Shown piece after piece: positions 27,839 through 36,974 of a stretch of 64,000 bases of DNA (the stretch's first letter is position 1; the number at the start of each line of letters is the position of its first letter). Under the pieces are notes generated by a model. It searched no databases, had not been told where the DNA came from, and saw nothing but the letters and a program-made list of their open reading frames with translations. The stretch spans positions 1,248,001-1,312,000 of the forward strand of contig CAVWCF010000001.1 in NCBI GenBank assembly GCA_963753435.1. The letters run 5' to 3'. This DNA comes from an uncultured Actinomycetota bacterium. GTDB taxonomy: Bacteria > Actinomycetota > Actinomycetes > CAVWCF01. The position numbers and the translations under genes are program-made.

Positions 27839-30160
27839 ATGTCCCCTTCCGAAAGTCGACCTGCACAGCCGGTGTTGGACGTGCTCGCCGAAGGGCGCTC
27901 CGAGCGGTTGGTGCACGTTCGGCACGTCCCCGGCCGGGTGGGCGAATTCGCTGACTGGCCGGGTTGGCTGGACCCGCAGGTGCTGTGGTCCATGCAGGCA
28001 CGCGGGATCGAGCGGCCGTGGCGGCATCAGGCCGAGGCAGCCGACGCCGCCTGGTCCGGTCGCGACACCGTCTTGTCCACCGGCACTGCCTCCGGCAAGT
28101 CCCTGGCGTACTTGATGCCGGTGTTGACCGCCCTGCGAAATGGGCGGCCGAACGCACCGGGGCGGGCCGCCGACCGGGGGACGGCCATCTACTTGGCACC
28201 GACCAAGGCGCTGGCCGCGGACCAGTTGAGTCTGGTGCAACGACTCGAGGTACCCGGAATCGTCCCGGCAGCGGTCGACGGTGACGCCAACGCCGAGGAG
28301 CGGACGTGGGCCCGGCAGCACGCCAACTACCTGCTGTCCAACCCCGACATGCTGCATCGGTCGTTGCTGCCCGGGCATCGTTCCTGGGAGCGCTTGTGGC
28401 GCCGCCTTGCGTTCGTGGTCGTTGATGAGGCGCACGTCTACCGCGGGGTGTTCGGCTCCGGAGTAGCGGCGACGCTGCGGCGATTGCGACGGGTGGCCGC
28501 CAGCTATGGAGCTGACCCCGTGTTCGTGCTGGCGTCGGCCACGATGGCGCAGCCGGAGGTGCTTGCTGAGCGCCTGATCGGCCGATCGGTCCACGCGGTG
28601 ACTGCGGACGGCTCCCCAGCCGGCGGACTGCAGTTGGCGGTTTGGCGGCCGCCCGACCTGGCCAAACGCGGCGAGAAGGGCGCCCCGGTCCGGCGGGGTG
28701 TGGTTGCCGAGACCGCCGAACTGCTGGCCGACCTGGTCAGCGCCGACGTGCAGACGTTGGCGTTCGTGCGGTCTCGCCGGGCTGCCGAGGCGGTGGCTGC
28801 GGTGGCAGCGGAGACGGTGGCCGAAGCCGATCCGCAACTGCGCGACCGGGTCGCCGCCTACCGCGGCGGGTTCCTGCCCGAGGAGCGCCGGGCGTTGGAG
28901 AACGAGTTGCGCCAGCGGACTCTGCTCGGCGTGGCCACCACCTCCGCCCTGGAACTGGGGGTCGACCTGCCCGGTGTTGACGCCGTCCTGGTGGCCGGCT
29001 GGCCCGGCACCCACTCCTCGCTGCGGCAGCAGGCCGGGCGCGCCGGTCGCACCGGGCAGGAGTCGGTCGCGGTGTTCGTCGCCCGAGATGAGCCGTTGGA
29101 CTCCTACTTCCTGGCGCACCCGGATGCCCTTTGGGACTCCCGGATCGAGACGACGGTGGTGGACCCGGACAACCCGTACGTCCTGGCCGGCCACCTCATG
29201 GCCGCGGCGGCGGAACTGCCGATAACGGCTGCCGACTTGCCGCTCTTCGGCCCGGGAACTGCCGAACTCCTGGACCGGCTCAGTGCGCAGGGGAACCTAC
29301 GAAGGCGGGACACCGGATGGTTCTGGACGGGTCGGGGGCGGCCGGTCGACGCGGTTGACCTGCGCGGCTCCGGGCAGACGGTCCGGGTGGCGGAAGCCGA
29401 CACGGGAAGGCTGCTGGGGACAGTTGCCGCTGGTTCTGCTGATCGCACGGTCCATCCCGGCGCCGTGTACGTGCACCAAGGCGCGGCGTTCCGAGTCGAT
29501 TCCCTGGATCAGGACGCCGCCGTTGCGATCGCCCGCCCGGATGAGTCCGGCGAGTCGACCACGGCCCGAGTCGTGACGGACCTGCGCGTTCTGGGCGAAC
29601 GCGAACGGAGCCGACTGGGCCTGGCCGATCTCGTGCTCGGCGAGGTCGAGGTGACCAGCCAGGTCGTGTCGTACCTGATTCGGCGAGCCGACACCGGCGA
29701 AGTGCTGGGGGAACGGCCCTTGGACCTGCCGGAACGTTCGCTGCGCACCGTGGCGGTCTGGTGGACGCTGCCGGAGGCACTGCGACAGCGGGCCACCGTC
29801 GCCGATGACGCACTAGCGGGCGCCGCACACGCCGCCGAGCACGCGGCAATCGGCCTGCTGCCGCTGTTCGCAACCTGCGACCGGTGGGACATCGGCGGCC
29901 TGTCCACTGCCGCCCACCCGGACACGGGGACGGCGACCGTCTTCGTGCACGACGGCCATCCCGGCGGCGCGGGCTTTGCCGAACGCGGGTTCCACACCGC
30001 TAGGCAGTGGCTTCGGGCAACCGCGGATCTGGTCACCGAATGCCGATGCCAGCATGGCTGTCCGGCGTGCGTGCAGTCACCCAAGTGCGGCAACGGCAAC
30101 GACCCCCTGGATAAGGCCGCCGCAGCCGCACTCCTGCAGGCCTTGCTGGCGGCCGACTAG
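27839..30160 (+). CDS. DEAD/DEAH-box helicase with C-terminal DUF1998 Zn domain (SftH/MrfA-like)
   Basis: TGTASGKS, DEAH, SAT, QQAGRAGR and C.C..GCPACVQSPKC. Confidence 0.94.
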   Translation: MSPSESRPAQPVLDVLAEGRSERLVHVRHVPGRVGEFADWPGWLDPQVLWSMQARGIERPWRHQAEAADAAWSGRDTVLSTGTASGKSLAYLMPVLTALRNGRPNAPGRAADRGTAIYLAPTKALAADQLSLVQRLEVPGIVPAAVDGDANAEERTWARQHANYLLSNPDMLHRSLLPGHRSWERLWRRLAFVVVDEAHVYRGVFGSGVAATLRRLRRVAASYGADPVFVLASATMAQPEVLAERLIGRSVHAVTADGSPAGGLQLAVWRPPDLAKRGEKGAPVRRGVVAETAELLADLVSADVQTLAFVRSRRAAEAVAAVAAETVAEADPQLRDRVAAYRGGFLPEERRALENELRQRTLLGVATTSALELGVDLPGVDAVLVAGWPGTHSSLRQQAGRAGRTGQESVAVFVARDEPLDSYFLAHPDALWDSRIETTVVDPDNPYVLAGHLMAAAAELPITAADLPLFGPGTAELLDRLSAQGNLRRRDTGWFWTGRGRPVDAVDLRGSGQTVRVAEADTGRLLGTVAAGSADRTVHPGAVYVHQGAAFRVDSLDQDAAVAIARPDESGESTTARVVTDLRVLGERERSRLGLADLVLGEVEVTSQVVSYLIRRADTGEVLGERPLDLPERSLRTVAVWWTLPEALRQRATVADDALAGAAHAAEHAAIGLLPLFATCDRWDIGGLSTAAHPDTGTATVFVHDGHPGGAGFAERGFHTARQWLRATADLVTECRCQHGCPACVQSPKCGNGNDPLDKAAAAALLQALLAAD

Positions 30161-30183
30161 CGCTGATTCCAGTCTCGGTGGCC

Positions 30184-30610
30184 TCAACCACCGGGGACAG
30201 CTTCGGCAACCCGCCGAACCTCCCCACCCCACGGCAAGGCGACGGCGACCTCGACGCGGCTGCGCGACGAGTCGGCCCGGCAGGCAAGCAGCCGTGCGCC
30301 GTTGGCCGCCGCTACCCGTTCCCCCAAACCGCAGGCATCAGCAGGACCCCCGACGATTTCGCCCGGGCCGACCTGGCCTCGTGCCGACTTGACCCGTGCC
30401 GACTTGACCCGTGCGGTCGGCAACAGCCAGAGCCGCCAGGTCCGCAGCGGTTCTGGCTCGCTGACCAGACCCGGCCAAGCCGACACCGGTCGCCAGGGCC
30501 GTGGCCAGCAGCACCAAGGCCATGGCGAAGGCCAGCACCAGCACCGTGGCGGAACCGTCCTCGGCGCGGATCAGTTTCTGGCAATGGCGCTTGGGCCCGT
30601 GCGGCTTCAT
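30184..30610 (-). pseudogene. TadE-like pseudopilin (Rv3654c family), interrupted by a +1 frameshift at about 30379
   Basis: EDGSATV prepilin site and ARTAADLAALA in one frame; AC..GERVAAANGARL.AC in another. Deleting one base restores GTGQVGPGEIV. Confidence 0.8.
30361..30414 (-). repeat. 15-bp tandem repeat (about 3 copies, coding GQVGT) inside the Rv3654c-like gene
   Basis: Minus strand GCACGGGTCAAGTCG x2, followed by a degenerate third copy that contains the extra base. Confidence 0.8.
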
Positions 30611-30966
30611 CTGGCCTCCGCGGCCACCGCGGCCGTGCCAACCACTTCGCGGATCGGGGCCACCCGGCCGAGCAGCCCGGACCACCCCAAGGGCCGACGC
30701 ACCTCGACGACCACAAGGCCGGCATCGCCGCGCGCATCAACCGCAACTCCCGGCCAACGGCGGGCGAGGTCCTGACTCACCGCGTCGATCGACCCACCTC
30801 GAGCCAGTTCGCGTGCGGTTGACCTGGCCGCTTCGTCGACCGCGATGTTCGCCGACAGCAGTGCGAGTAGCCCGGCCAGCAGCAGCGTCACCAAGGCCAG
30901 CACCGGCAACACGACCGCCGTCTCAGCGGTCACCGTGCCCGGGTCCGCCCGGACTGCGACTCGCAA
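30607..30966 (-). CDS. TadE family minor pilin (Rv3655c-like)
   Basis: G|TVTAETAVVLP prepilin motif and DEAARSTARELARG. Start uncertain (TTG 30966). Confidence 0.82.
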   Translation of the reverse strand: MRVAVRADPGTVTAETAVVLPVLALVTLLLAGLLALLSANIAVDEAARSTARELARGGSIDAVSQDLARRWPGVAVDARGDAGLVVVEVRRPLGWSGLLGRVAPIREVVGTAAVAAEAR

Positions 30967-31020
30967 CCAGTCCCGCTTTCGGCTCCCACCCCGCCCTCGA
31001 CGCCAAACCCGGCCGGCGGC

Positions 31021-31072
31021 GCGACCGCCGCCCCCGGCGCCGGAAGGGGGCGGCGCCGGGGGCAGTGGCCGC
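31021..31072 (-). terminator. Long GC-rich hairpin directly downstream of the Flp pilin gene
   Basis: 13-bp perfect stem GCCCCCGGCGCCG/CGGCGCCGGGGGC, extended by G-U pairs on the minus strand. Confidence 0.65.
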
Positions 31073-31088
31073 AGGGGTTGGCCGGTAC

Positions 31089-31283
31089 TCAGAACAGGAA
31101 TTCGAAGCCCTTGCGGATCACGTCCCCGATGAGCTCGAGGATCGAGTCGGACGTGAGCACCTTGTAGAGCAGTCCGCCGAAACCGCACGCGGCGACGGTT
31201 CCTACGGCGTATTCGGCGGTTGTGAACCCCTCCTCGGCTGGGGCTGATCGGATCAACTGCCCGACGCGACGCGTCAAGAACAT
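31089..31283 (-). CDS. Flp-type major pilin (DUF4244, Rv3656c-like)
   Basis: EEG|FTTAEYAVGTVAACGF. AGGAG RBS. Confidence 0.92.
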   Translation of the reverse strand: MFLTRRVGQLIRSAPAEEGFTTAEYAVGTVAACGFGGLLYKVLTSDSILELIGDVIRKGFEFLF

Positions 31284-31466
31284 GAGCGACTCCTAGGACC
31301 GGCTTCGGCCGGGACGTCCCCCGCGGTCGCGGCGGCACACGCAGCCCACCGGCTACTGGCGGTGCAGGGAGGTGGTCGCACCCAAGCTGGGGAGGAATCG
31401 AGTTGTGAATCCCTTGTGGACGACGGCGATCGCGACGTCTTGGCGGAGCAAAGGCCGTTGGCCGGC

Positions 31467-32144
31467 CTAGAACAATCCCGATGCGATCCCGGCCACGATC
31501 GGAACCACACCGACGAGCACGAAGGCCGGCAGGAAACACAGGGCCAGCGGGAGGACGACCCGCACGGTCGAGGCGTGCAACCGCGCCTCGACGTCGACGG
31601 CGGCGCCGCGGCGCATGTGGTCGGCGGCACGCTCCAGCGCGTCGGCTAGGCCCGAGCCCGAACTCAGCGACCTGCGCAGCGCGGACCGGGCGATCGCGGC
31701 GGACGACCCACCTACGGAAAGCAGTTCCGACCACGCCGATGTGGCGTCGACCCCGCTATGCAAGGCCCGCGCGGCCTTGGCCAGTGAACCCGCCGTGGGC
31801 TCCCCGAAGCAGCGGCTCACGGATGCCGCGGCGCGGCCAGGAGAAGCGCCGGAGCGAAGACAAGCAGCCATCAGGTCCAGCGCGACGGTCACGTCGGCAA
31901 CCGCTGCCGGCGGCGGGCGGGGCTGAGCCCGCTGCAGCGCCCAGGTCAACACGGAAGCCGCCGCCCAGCCGACCGCCATGGACCAGGGCAGCGGGGCCAG
32001 GAGCAGGGACACCAACCACGCTCCCGCTCGGGCCGGGACAAGCAGTCGGTGCGCGGGCCCCGCGTCGGCAAGCAGCCGACGCAATCGCGCGGCCGGAGTT
32101 GCAGACCAAAGCAGCACCGCCGCGACGGCCAGCGCGGTGCTCAC
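31467..32144 (-). CDS. TadC-like type II secretion system F family protein
   Basis: LDLMAACLRSG and VVLPLALCFLPAFVLVGVVP. The GTG start overlaps the tadB-like stop (GTGA). Confidence 0.88.
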   Translation of the reverse strand: MSTALAVAAVLLWSATPAARLRRLLADAGPAHRLLVPARAGAWLVSLLLAPLPWSMAVGWAAASVLTWALQRAQPRPPPAAVADVTVALDLMAACLRSGASPGRAAASVSRCFGEPTAGSLAKAARALHSGVDATSAWSELLSVGGSSAAIARSALRRSLSSGSGLADALERAADHMRRGAAVDVEARLHASTVRVVLPLALCFLPAFVLVGVVPIVAGIASGLF

Positions 32145-32803
32145 AATCGGGTCAGGACGCGGATCCACCACCAACCGGCGATGTCCAAGGCGACAGCACT
32201 CGCCAGACAGACGCGGCCAATACTCGTGCCGAACAGGAAACCAAGCGGGTCGGCACCGAAACCCCAGCCGAGCAGCACGCCGAGCAGCGGTAGCCCGAGC
32301 AGGACCCTCGACGTCGCCCTGGAGCCGGCCAGCAGCGCTCGTTGCTGCTGACGATGTTTGCGGTCTTCGGCTGCGAGGTCCCCTATCCGTTGCAGCGCTT
32401 CGGCCAGCCCCGCACCGTCTTCGTTCGCAACCTCCACGGCTGCGGCTGCCCACTGGAAGGAGGGCTCGGGGATCTGTCGCAGCCGCGAAGGCACGTTCAG
32501 CCCCAGCGAAGCGGCAGCGACAGCCGGTCCAAGCGCCAGGGCCGTCGGCTCGGTGGCCTCGGCGGCTGCCGCCCGCAACGCCACAGCCAGTGCGGCACCG
32601 GAACGCATCTCCGTTGCGCTGTCCCACCACAGCCGCGGCGCGTCACCCGCCAGCGCCCGTTGGACTCGACGGTCGCGCAGGCGTCGGCGGGGTCGCTGCC
32701 GGCCTTGCCGCATGGACGACAGCAGCACCCGGCGGCGCGGCGCTGCCGTGACGGCAACCCAAGCAGCGCAAGCGGCCAGGCCAGCAGCCAGTTCAGCTGC
32801 CAT
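32141..32803 (-). CDS. TadB-like type II secretion system F family protein
   Basis: EMRSG, GAGLA..L, AGSRATSRVL.GLP and GADPLGFL. Confidence 0.86.
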   Translation of the reverse strand: MAAELAAGLAACAAWVAVTAAPRRRVLLSSMRQGRQRPRRRLRDRRVQRALAGDAPRLWWDSATEMRSGAALAVALRAAAAEATEPTALALGPAVAAASLGLNVPSRLRQIPEPSFQWAAAAVEVANEDGAGLAEALQRIGDLAAEDRKHRQQQRALLAGSRATSRVLLGLPLLGVLLGWGFGADPLGFLFGTSIGRVCLASAVALDIAGWWWIRVLTRL

Positions 32804-33986
32804 CGGAGTGGATGGGTAGTGGTGGCGCGAAGGCACCGAGGCGACGGCGCAGTTGGGCCAGTCCCGGCCCGGGACGCACCCGGTCGGCCTCGAACAGAAC
32901 CGCCGGTTGCACGGAGACCAGGTCGCCATCACGGCAGCAGACACCGATCCCCCATACCGTCCGACGCCCGGACGGGGAGCGCAGCACGTGTACGACTGCG
33001 TCGAGCCCGGCTGACATCTGCGCATGGACGGCCGCGCGAGGCCAACCCGCCGGGGCCGCCAGCGCCTCGATCCGGGCCGGGAGGTCTGCCGCGGAGTTGG
33101 CGTGCACGGTGGCGCAACCACCTTCGTGCCCAGTGTTCAGCGCACTAAGTAGGTCGATCACCTCCACACCGCGCACTTCTCCGACGACGAGCCGGTCCGG
33201 GCGCATCCGCATCGCCTGCCGAACGAGGTCCGTCAACGTCACCGACCCCGCGCCTTCGACGTTGGGTGGTCTTGCCTGCAGTAGCGCCGTGTGCGGATGC
33301 TGCGGGTCGAGTTCGGCGGAGTCCTCGACCACGACGAGGCGTTCCCGCTCCGGCACGAGTTCCAACAGCGTGCTCAGCACGGTGGTCTTGCCGGTCCCAG
33401 TTCCGCCTGTGACCACGTAGGAGGCCCGCGCATTCACCAACGCGGCCAGCCACCGCGCCCCGACCGCATCCAGGCCGCCTTGTCGCACCAAGTCGGCCAG
33501 CGTGAGCACCCGCCGACGCGGGATCCGTAGCGAGAGCAATGCGCCACCACGCGCGACCGGTGGGATTACCGCGTGCAGCCGCACACCGTCGGGCGTGCGC
33601 GCATCCACGAACGGCTGTGCAGCATCCAGGCGTCTACCAGCGGCCGTCGCCAATCGCTGCGCCAAGCGCCGGATGGCTTCGTGGTCGGCGAAACGGACCG
33701 GTGACCGGACCAGGCCCTCGCCGCGATCGACGAACACCTGGTCTGGACCGTTGACCAGGACGTCGGTTACCTCCGGGTCTTCCAGAAGCGGTTGCAGCGG
33801 CCCGGCCCCGAGCAGTTCCGAGCGGACCTCTGCACACAGGCGGCGCGTTTCCGGGCCGCTGAGCACGACGCCCTCGGCGCGAACCGCGGCGACGATGTCG
33901 GGCTCATGCGCGGCAGCACCGGAATCGACCAACCGATCCCGGACCCGTTCGACCAGCGGTCGATCACCCAGCACCCGCACACTCAC
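32793..33986 (-). CDS. tadA: TadA/CpaF pilus assembly ATPase
   Basis: GGTGTGKTT, VEDSAEL, RMRPDRLVVGEVRG and NTGHEG. Confidence 0.94.
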   Translation of the reverse strand: MSVRVLGDRPLVERVRDRLVDSGAAAHEPDIVAAVRAEGVVLSGPETRRLCAEVRSELLGAGPLQPLLEDPEVTDVLVNGPDQVFVDRGEGLVRSPVRFADHEAIRRLAQRLATAAGRRLDAAQPFVDARTPDGVRLHAVIPPVARGGALLSLRIPRRRVLTLADLVRQGGLDAVGARWLAALVNARASYVVTGGTGTGKTTVLSTLLELVPERERLVVVEDSAELDPQHPHTALLQARPPNVEGAGSVTLTDLVRQAMRMRPDRLVVGEVRGVEVIDLLSALNTGHEGGCATVHANSAADLPARIEALAAPAGWPRAAVHAQMSAGLDAVVHVLRSPSGRRTVWGIGVCCRDGDLVSVQPAVLFEADRVRPGPGLAQLRRRLGAFAPPLPIHSDGS

Positions 33987-34819
33987 GCCGCGGCCCCGAG
34001 TTCGTTCAAGTACTGCCGGCAGAACCGGCGCAAGGGGCCGCGTGGCCGCGGCAGGTCCCCGTGCTCCAGCGCCACATCAAGACCGGGTTCGGCGCGCACC
34101 GAACCGGCTAGCGGCAGTCCGACGACCTCCGCGATCACTTGCGCGTCCATGCCCGCCGGAGCCGGACCGCGAACAAGCAGGCGCACGTCCCGCACCTGGC
34201 TGGCCAACTGCTTGCCCGCGGCAGTTGCGGACACGGTTGCCCGGGCTTCTGCGGGCACGACGAGCAGGGCGTGCGCAGCCATCCGGCAGGCCAGCGCGGT
34301 GGCATCGGTTCCGCCCCTGGCCACATCAACCACGATGAGATCGACCACGGAAGCCGCGGTACCGATCACCGCGGCAACCGCTTCCGCCGGGATCGCGACC
34401 GGGTCCCGATCAACAGAGACAACACTCAGACCACCAAGCCTCGGCAAGACGGGCAGCAGTTCCTCGGCCGCAACCGGCTCAGTCAGCGTGACCAGACCCG
34501 GCCACCGCACCCCGGGCGTCTCCTCCATGCCGAGGACAAGGTCCAGTCCGGAGCCACGTTCGTCGACGTCGACCAGGAGCACCTTGGCGCCGTCCTCGGC
34601 GCCGGCCAAGGCCAGTGCGGCTGCTGCCACCGACGCGCCGGCCCCGCCGCGGCCAGCCGCGACGACTACTGCCAGCGCGGTTCGCTCGACGCTGCCACGA
34701 CCCCCGGGCCCGTAGCCCCATGGCCGCGGGTGAGCATCGCCGCTGACCGGTTGCACATCTGCTCGTTGCACCGTGAACACCTCCGGCGCGGACCCTGCTA
34801 TGGCCGGACGTCCGACCAC
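33983..34819 (-). CDS. ssd: Septum-site-determining protein Ssd / CpaE-like ATPase (short N-terminus, start uncertain)
   Basis: GRGGAGAS deviant Walker A, LVDVD..GSGLDLVLG.E..PG.RW and PRGPL..FC. First gene of the tad cluster. Confidence 0.82.
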   Translation of the reverse strand: MVGRPAIAGSAPEVFTVQRADVQPVSGDAHPRPWGYGPGGRGSVERTALAVVVAAGRGGAGASVAAAALALAGAEDGAKVLLVDVDERGSGLDLVLGMEETPGVRWPGLVTLTEPVAAEELLPVLPRLGGLSVVSVDRDPVAIPAEAVAAVIGTAASVVDLIVVDVARGGTDATALACRMAAHALLVVPAEARATVSATAAGKQLASQVRDVRLLVRGPAPAGMDAQVIAEVVGLPLAGSVRAEPGLDVALEHGDLPRPRGPLRRFCRQYLNELGAAA

Positions 34820-35059
34820 GGCGAGGAGAACCGGCTGTGCATAAGTGGGCCCGGTGGCCGCCTGTGGAACTCGGCGACGACGGGAGCGGCGCCCGGAAAG
34901 GCAGAGACCCCCGCCGGGGGGGTTGGCGGGGGTCTAACGACCTGGGCCCGGGGGGAGGGGCCTCCCGGTCGTGCGAGCGAGCTCGCTGAAGTCATCATTG
35001 ACCCCCGACCCGCGGAATGCAAACCGAATCTGTGGACACCAACGCCCTATCCTGAAGCG

Positions 35060-35914
35060 GTGCCCGTGACCCCCCGCGCGGCGGCCTTCTTCGATCTGGA
35101 CAAGACGATCATCGCAAGGTCCAGCGCCCTGGCTTTCAGCACGGAATTTGCCCGCGCCGGCCTCATCAACAGGCGGGCGATGCTGCGCAGCGCCCTGGCC
35201 CAACTCGTCTTCAGCTCTGCCGGCGCCGACCACGACCAGATGGAGCGCCTGCGGGTGGCAATGACCGAACTGGTCACCGGCTGGGACGTGGCGCAGGTCA
35301 GCGCAATCGTCGAAGAGACACTGCACGAACTAATCGAACCGATGATCTACGCCGAGGCCGCGCAGTTGATCGCCGCGCACCAGGCCGAGGGTCGCGACGT
35401 GATCATCGTGTCGTCCTCGGGCCAGGAGGTGGTGGCCCCCATCGCCAACCTTCTTGGCGCAGATGACGCCATCGCCACTCGCATGGTCATCGAGGACGGC
35501 CGCTACACCGGAAACATCGAGTTCTACGCCTACGGCCCGACCAAGGCGGAGGCCATCCAGGTCCTGGCTGCGACCAAGGGGTACGACCTGGCCGCCAGCT
35601 ACGCCTACAGCGACTCGATCACCGACCTGCCCATGCTCAACGCCGTTGGCCATCCGTTCGCGGTCAACCCCGACAAGGAGTTACGGCGCATCGCGATCGA
35701 CCGAGGCTGGGGCGTACTCGACTTCGCTACGCCTGTCGCCCTACGCCGCATGCCAACTGGCGAGGATGTGCGGCATCGCGTGACCGACAGCGCCCATTCA
35801 CTGCACGAACGGATGCAGGACATCCCGCGTTCCCAGCGAGTCGCCGCTGGCGTCGGCGTTGGCGTCGCCGCGGCGGGCCTGGTCTGGTACGCGTCGCGCC
35901 ACCGCCGCGTTTGA
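35060..35914 (+). CDS. HAD-IB family hydrolase (Rv3661/SsgB-activator-like)
   Basis: AAFFDLDKT, VSSS, YAYSDSITD.PML and VNPD, with a C-terminal TM segment. Confidence 0.92.
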   Translation: MPVTPRAAAFFDLDKTIIARSSALAFSTEFARAGLINRRAMLRSALAQLVFSSAGADHDQMERLRVAMTELVTGWDVAQVSAIVEETLHELIEPMIYAEAAQLIAAHQAEGRDVIIVSSSGQEVVAPIANLLGADDAIATRMVIEDGRYTGNIEFYAYGPTKAEAIQVLAATKGYDLAASYAYSDSITDLPMLNAVGHPFAVNPDKELRRIAIDRGWGVLDFATPVALRRMPTGEDVRHRVTDSAHSLHERMQDIPRSQRVAAGVGVGVAAAGLVWYASRHRRV

Positions 35915-35969
35915 CCGGCCGACACGCCGTCGGGGGGTTCCCTCCGACGCCGACGCGTACTAGGAAAGG

Positions 35970-36165
35970 TCCTGTCGACAAGCCGCAAGGCCCGCCGACA
36001 CACAACTGAGACCCGCTTTGGAACCCACGCGGCGGTCCCCCCACGTAACGGGGTGCAGGCGGAACCGGCTGGCCCGACCGTCCGAGCGACCCGCACGCAC
36101 TGTTCCCCAAAGCCGGATTTCATTTGCGGCGCCGAGTGCTAACCCACCCGGCGCCGCACCCATTT
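35970..36165 (+). ncRNA. Ms1 (MTS2823/scr3559-type) RNA-polymerase-binding RNA candidate
   Basis: Syntenic position between the HAD-IB gene and the Fic-like gene. Contains ACCCACGCGG and GCACGC motifs remembered from Ms1 and ends in a strong hairpin at 36125-36158. Ends are approximate. Confidence 0.65.
36125..36165. terminator. Hairpin terminator between the Ms1 candidate and the convergent Fic-like gene
   Basis: TGCGGCGCCG...CGGCGCCGCA 10-bp perfect stem followed by CCCATTT. Confidence 0.65.
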
Positions 36166-36185
36166 CGAAGCCTCTCGCCGCTGGT

Positions 36186-36878
36186 CTATCCCAGCGAATC
36201 GCAGATCTCCCTGGTCTGCCGCGCCCCAACGCGCAACGCGTCGGCACAGTGGATCAGCCAACGTCGCACCCCCGCCGACGTACCGGTGGCGTATTCGGCA
36301 CCGGCCATGCCGTACTCCTGCATCTCCTGGAGATGACCCAACTCGGGAACGGTCACGGAGTGCGGGTCCAAGCCGCGGGCTGTCATCAGCGTCCGCGCCA
36401 ACTGCCGGGCGACCAGACCATTGCCGGTCTCGAAAGGCTGCACGGCGAGCACCTCGGCGTGGGCAACTGCGGCGACCACCACCGCCGGTGCCTGCGTCGG
36501 TTGCACCAGTTGCTGCGCGAGCGCAGCCAGCCGACTGACATCGGCGCCGGGCCGGGGCTGCCCAAGAGCCCCGACGCTGTCGGAACCGGCCGTCGCAAGT
36601 ACATGCATCCGGGCCATCGCCTGAAGCGGTGCCGTTCGCACGACCCCGGCCAGTTCCGGCGTCGACGCCAACAGTTTCAGCGGCGGTTGCGGCCAGCCGT
36701 CCAAGCTCGCGGTGGCCGTGGCAGCCTGCGCCAAGGCCTCCGCGGTGACCCTTGGGTCATGCCGGCGACGAAGCCGCTCGTGCCGCAGCGCCGCGTCGAC
36801 CGCGGCCCGCGCGGCTTCGGTGGCTTCAAACACATCGGGCAAAGCCACGAGGGCCGCGAACGGATCCGGCACCGACAT
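36186..36878 (-). CDS. Fic-domain-like protein (Rv3662c family, degenerate catalytic motif)
   Basis: AAVAHAE...QPFETGNGLVAR (compare HPFxxGNGR) and GLDP..V.VPE.GH. Confidence 0.85.
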   Translation of the reverse strand: MSVPDPFAALVALPDVFEATEAARAAVDAALRHERLRRRHDPRVTAEALAQAATATASLDGWPQPPLKLLASTPELAGVVRTAPLQAMARMHVLATAGSDSVGALGQPRPGADVSRLAALAQQLVQPTQAPAVVVAAVAHAEVLAVQPFETGNGLVARQLARTLMTARGLDPHSVTVPELGHLQEMQEYGMAGAEYATGTSAGVRRWLIHCADALRVGARQTREICDSLG

Positions 36879-36974
36879 GACCGCAGTTGTAGCCGATCCT
36901 GGTTGCCCCCAGCCGCCCGCCCTGATTGCCTAGGCCCGCGCGCTACCCAAGACAGTCGACAAGTGGAGGCACCC

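Noticed and set aside
27434-29194. 586-aa ORF ending in a STAS domain (apparent fusion)
   Set aside because: Only the last 113 codons are real (TTG start with GGAGGAGG). The rest is antisense to the helicase.
27839-30160. DUF1998 helicase as a DISARM/Druantia defence system
   Set aside because: It is a stand-alone housekeeping-type helicase in its usual bldG-tad context, with no methylase or partner genes.
30184-34819. Conjugative element suggested by the TadA ATPase
   Set aside because: This is the standard actinobacterial ssd/tad pilus locus. No relaxase, VirB4 or integrase is present.
36018-36974. Apparent 320-aa N-terminal extension of Acs
   Set aside because: It overlaps the Fic-like gene and the Ms1 candidate. 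The true start is GTG 36975 with a GGAGG RBS.
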